Below are positions 61,295 to 64,000 of a DNA stretch of 64,000 nt, piece after piece (within the stretch, counting starts at the first letter, position 1; each line of letters opens with the position of its first letter). The DNA is from Candidatus Poribacteria bacterium (GTDB lineage: Bacteria > Poribacteria > WGA-4E > WGA-3G), in assembly GCA_965215265.1 (NCBI GenBank), contig OZ244048.1:1952001-2016000 (forward strand). The letters are read 5' to 3'. The notes under the pieces were generated by a model. It was not told the DNA's origin and ran no database searches. It worked only from the letters and a program-made list of their open reading frames with translations. A program made the translations under genes and the position numbers.

Positions 61295-61419
61295 GCATTA
61301 AAAACAGCACTAATAATCCAAATTCCGCCATTGCTTGTAAAAGCGTGGTAGGATTTCTCAGTATCTGCGGCGGGTATGCTTGTTCCCGCTATCTGTGTAG
61401 TGAGCGAGCGATAGAACAT
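61282..61419 (-). CDS. candidate ileS leader peptide (45 aa; start uncertain)
   Basis: ends GGIWIISAVFNAVVG*; ATT-TGG-ATT-ATT at 61312-61323; stop abuts the antiterminator arm. Confidence 0.6.
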   Translation of the reverse strand: MFYRSLTTQIAGTSIPAADTEKSYHAFTSNGGIWIISAVFNAVVG

Positions 61420-61459
61420 CGGGTTTTTCTCGACAAATTGGAATATATACCTCATAACT

Positions 61460-61488
61460 ATGATACCACACTTTATGCAGAAAGTCAA
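61460..61488 (-). promoter_or_regulatory. ileS leader promoter
   Basis: TTGACT-N17-TATCAT with TG extension. Confidence 0.7.
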
Positions 61489-61653
61489 ATTTTTTGCTTC
61501 AACTGTCTGTGTATAGTTACCGATACATATTATCTATCGGACAATTTTCGTGAGAAGTCCGTTCACCAAAGAGTGGATGGGGAAAAGCAGCAACAGGTCA
61601 CTGTATTTTTAATTGACTATAGCGATGTTTCTTCTCGTGAAGGAACAAAACGT

Positions 61654-61682
61654 TTTACATTCCCTGAAATTTAGAGTATAAT
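61654..61682 (+). promoter_or_regulatory. promoter of the structured RNA / purB leader
   Basis: TTTACA-N17-TATAAT. Confidence 0.7.
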
Positions 61683-61689
61683 TAACCCA

Positions 61690-61947
61690 AGTTGCCTTTT
61701 ATGCAAAGAGCATTTTGATGTCGGTTGCTATATGGAGATGCTTTTAACCTGCACACATCGCGGACGTGACCGGGCATCAAAAAGGGTTCGACGAGATGCC
61801 CGGCCCCGGTGGCCTCAGAATGGCGTGCGGCAATCAGGGCGTTCGACCTGACATCGGCCTCAGACATTTTGCCTGAGGCTGAGCGTGAGATGCTCGTGAC
61901 AAAGTGTGTAAAAGGCTACCTTGGTAAAGTACCTAGGGGCTTCTTTT
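61690..61947 (+). ncRNA. unassigned structured RNA (about 225 nt) plus a terminator-like hairpin
   Basis: nested helices 61694-705/61905-916, 61708-716/61887-895, 61717-724/61848-855; hairpins 61770-61803 and 61856-61880; G-U pairs favour the + strand. Confidence 0.6.
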
Positions 61948-62043
61948 GAGATTTTGGCGAAGTCAACGCTAAAGGCTATTCCGCTGGATTTGTAAGTAGC
62001 AACTTAGGTTATAATTAAAAAAAATGGAGAATATATTCATATT

Positions 62044-63450
62044 ATGGAACTTTACGAAGCCGTCAGTCCACTGGATTTTAGATACTACGGTGGCGATGAG
62101 GCGTTTATGAAACGTCTCTTGCCTTACGTCTCCGAAGCCGGGTATGTCAGGTATCAAGCCAAGGTGGAGGCGGCATTGGTCCGAACGTTGGCAAACTATG
62201 GCATCTGTTCGTCAGACATCGCCGATGAAGTTGAACAAGCAGTAGATACAGTCACCGCGGAGGAAGTCTACGAGGAACAGAGACGCATAAGACACAACAT
62301 CCGCTCGCTCGTTAATGTGATTCGGCAGAAAATCAGCCCTGGAGCACGCTCCTACGTTCACCTATTTGCCACCTCCGCGGACATCCTTGATACCGCCACG
62401 GCACTGCGGTTCAAAGCACTGACAGAAAACGTCATCATTCCAGACCTTATTGCGTTGGAGCAGCAGCTCATCGCGTTGGCACGGGAGCATGCAGAAACGG
62501 TGCAAATCGGACGAACGCACGGACAACACGCCGAACCCACGACGTTCGGATATGCGCTAGCGCTCTACGTCAGTCGCCTCGGAACCCGAATTGAGAAGAT
62601 TCACGAAGCAGGACAGAACCTCCGCGGGCAATTTTCAGGCGCAGTCGGCGCGTTTAACGGACTGTCCCTGATTGATGAGAACCCAGAGCAGATTGAGGCG
62701 GATTTTCTCGCCTTGCTCGGTTTGAAGCCATCCGACACACACACATCAACGCAGTGCGTCGAGCCCGAGTTTATCTCCGATCTGGCGTATTACGTCACGG
62801 CGGCTTACACTGTCCTTGCCAATTTCGCTGACGATATGCGCCACCTTTACCGCACGGAAATCGCTGAGGTCGGCAGAAAGTATAACCCACAGCTGGTCGG
62901 CTCATCGACGATGCCGCACAAGGTAAATCCAGAGACGTATGAGAATATCAAAAGTTTGTGGAAGGCTTATGTACCGCGCATGCAAACCGTTTTTATGGAT
63001 AGCATCCTCGAACATCAGCGCGACCTGACCAATTCTGCTTCTGGTCGCTTCCTGACAGAGCTCTTCACAGCGTTTGATTACGCGATCTATCGACTTCGCC
63101 GCGACTTGGACGAGATGGATGTCAGGAAGGATAACATGCAGCGGAACCTTGCCTTGAGCGCCGAGGATACGATCGCGGAGCCTATCTATCTCTTGATGGC
63201 GTACTATGGATTCCCGGATGCCTACGACCATACGCGTAAACTAATCGGGCAAGTGCATCAGACCGGTAAAAGCCTCACCGCATTGTTGTGGGAAGATGAG
63301 ACGTTAAGACCGTTTCTTGATAAATTGACGCAACCGCAGCGTGAGGCGCTCCGCGCCCCAATGAATTATATTGGGGCGGCTGTGCGGCGGACTTATGCTA
63401 CGTGTGACGAATGGGAAAAACGGATAGCAACTGTGGAAGCGATTTCCTAA
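62044..63450 (+). CDS. purB: adenylosuccinate lyase
   Basis: SPLDFRY, ATSADI, GRTHGQHAEPTTFG, SGAVG, GSSTMPHKVNP, HQRDLTNS. Confidence 0.95.
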   Translation: MELYEAVSPLDFRYYGGDEAFMKRLLPYVSEAGYVRYQAKVEAALVRTLANYGICSSDIADEVEQAVDTVTAEEVYEEQRRIRHNIRSLVNVIRQKISPGARSYVHLFATSADILDTATALRFKALTENVIIPDLIALEQQLIALAREHAETVQIGRTHGQHAEPTTFGYALALYVSRLGTRIEKIHEAGQNLRGQFSGAVGAFNGLSLIDENPEQIEADFLALLGLKPSDTHTSTQCVEPEFISDLAYYVTAAYTVLANFADDMRHLYRTEIAEVGRKYNPQLVGSSTMPHKVNPETYENIKSLWKAYVPRMQTVFMDSILEHQRDLTNSASGRFLTELFTAFDYAIYRLRRDLDEMDVRKDNMQRNLALSAEDTIAEPIYLLMAYYGFPDAYDHTRKLIGQVHQTGKSLTALLWEDETLRPFLDKLTQPQREALRAPMNYIGAAVRRTYATCDEWEKRIATVEAIS

Positions 63451-63657
63451 TCGCCATGCAGCGAAAAAAGTTGGAGCCGGGCGATTTATCGCCTGTCAAC
63501 CGTTTATAGAGACGTGCAATAAATTACGAGCCCTTGCTGTTTTCAGAGACTCAACAACTTTAGCAGACTTTAGCACACTCTCTGTGAGTGAGAACAATCT
63601 GCTCATCTTGATGCCTCTGTTTTGGGAACTTACTCCTATAGGAAGGATCGTGCAAGC

Positions 63658-64000
63658 ATGTTTGATATCACCTATTTAGGACGGAGATGGTTCCGTTTCA
63701 TCAAACGCTACCCGCGTACGAGGATAACCGTTGGGTTTCTGTTCATATTTTTTTTCGGTATCTGGGTAGGTAGAACCGTGCAATTCGGTAAAATCGCCGA
63801 TTATGTCCGTTCTTTTTTTGATACAGAACAGAGTGATGTGACGCGATTGGTTAGACGTGGAATTGTGCATCGGCAGATAAAGCAGAAAGGCATGCTGACA
63901 AATATTCTGGCAGTCTCTCCGAATGCGGCTGACATCCGGCCGTATCGCGCGTTAAATGCCGGCATCGGCACAGAATCGTTAGTTTCCTTAGCTAGACGGC
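63658..64000 (+). CDS. membrane-anchored protein, probably phosphodiester glycosidase (NAGPA) family; runs off the window
   Basis: open frame MFDITYLGRR...TM helix...IRPYRALNAGIGTESLVSLARR, absent from the ORF track. Confidence 0.6.
   Translation, partial: MFDITYLGRRWFRFIKRYPRTRITVGFLFIFFFGIWVGRTVQFGKIADYVRSFFDTEQSDVTRLVRRGIVHRQIKQKGMLTNILAVSPNAADIRPYRALNAGIGTESLVSLARR

Noticed and set aside
61194-61450. T-box riboswitch for ileS
   Set aside because: No GGTGGNACC T-box sequence and no evident stem I AG/GNTG motifs; the leader-peptide model fits better
61153-61867. ORFs 61153-61674 (+) and 61682-61867 (-)
   Set aside because: They overlap promoters, the attenuator and the structured RNA, and show no protein-like motifs
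2510-63231. Numerous antisense or alternate-frame ORFs inside long genes (e.g. 4087-4860, 5466-6179, 23135-23860, 26893-27462)
   Set aside because: Fully overlap well-supported genes; typical shadow ORFs without motifs
63676-63870. 64-aa minus-strand ORF
   Set aside because: Shadow of a plus-strand gene starting at 63658 that runs off the window

Overview
Bacterial chromosomal window. The LamG/Kelch expansion with a C-terminal AVEAxGKLxTxWGxLK tail suggests Candidatus Poribacteria or a relative (inference). Housekeeping content: mqnD (partial), DinG helicase, HtrA, YyaL, tRNA-Gln/tRNA-Glu, nuoD-H-I-J-K-L-M-N, lexA, class A PBP, mutY, ileS and purB. Two accessory islands interrupt it. The first (17.4-25.9 kb) is a tandemly duplicated, recombining cassette of secreted LamG protein, Cys-rich precursor-like peptide and secreted Kelch protein. 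The second (51-56.1 kb) has two type III mod genes with different TRDs, dead res stubs, phd/vapC, a truncated hicA and an IS1 remnant. Elements the ORF track misses or splits: a rhodanese-MoeB with an in-frame UGA at the conserved Cys plus a SECIS-like hairpin (probable selenoprotein); a TAA-interrupted zinc-ribbon gene behind it; an Ile-codon leader-peptide attenuator upstream of a GVHH-type ileS; a ~225-nt structured RNA with its own promoter upstream of purB; and a palindrome over the lexA promoter. All calls come from manual reading; no searches or folding programs were run.
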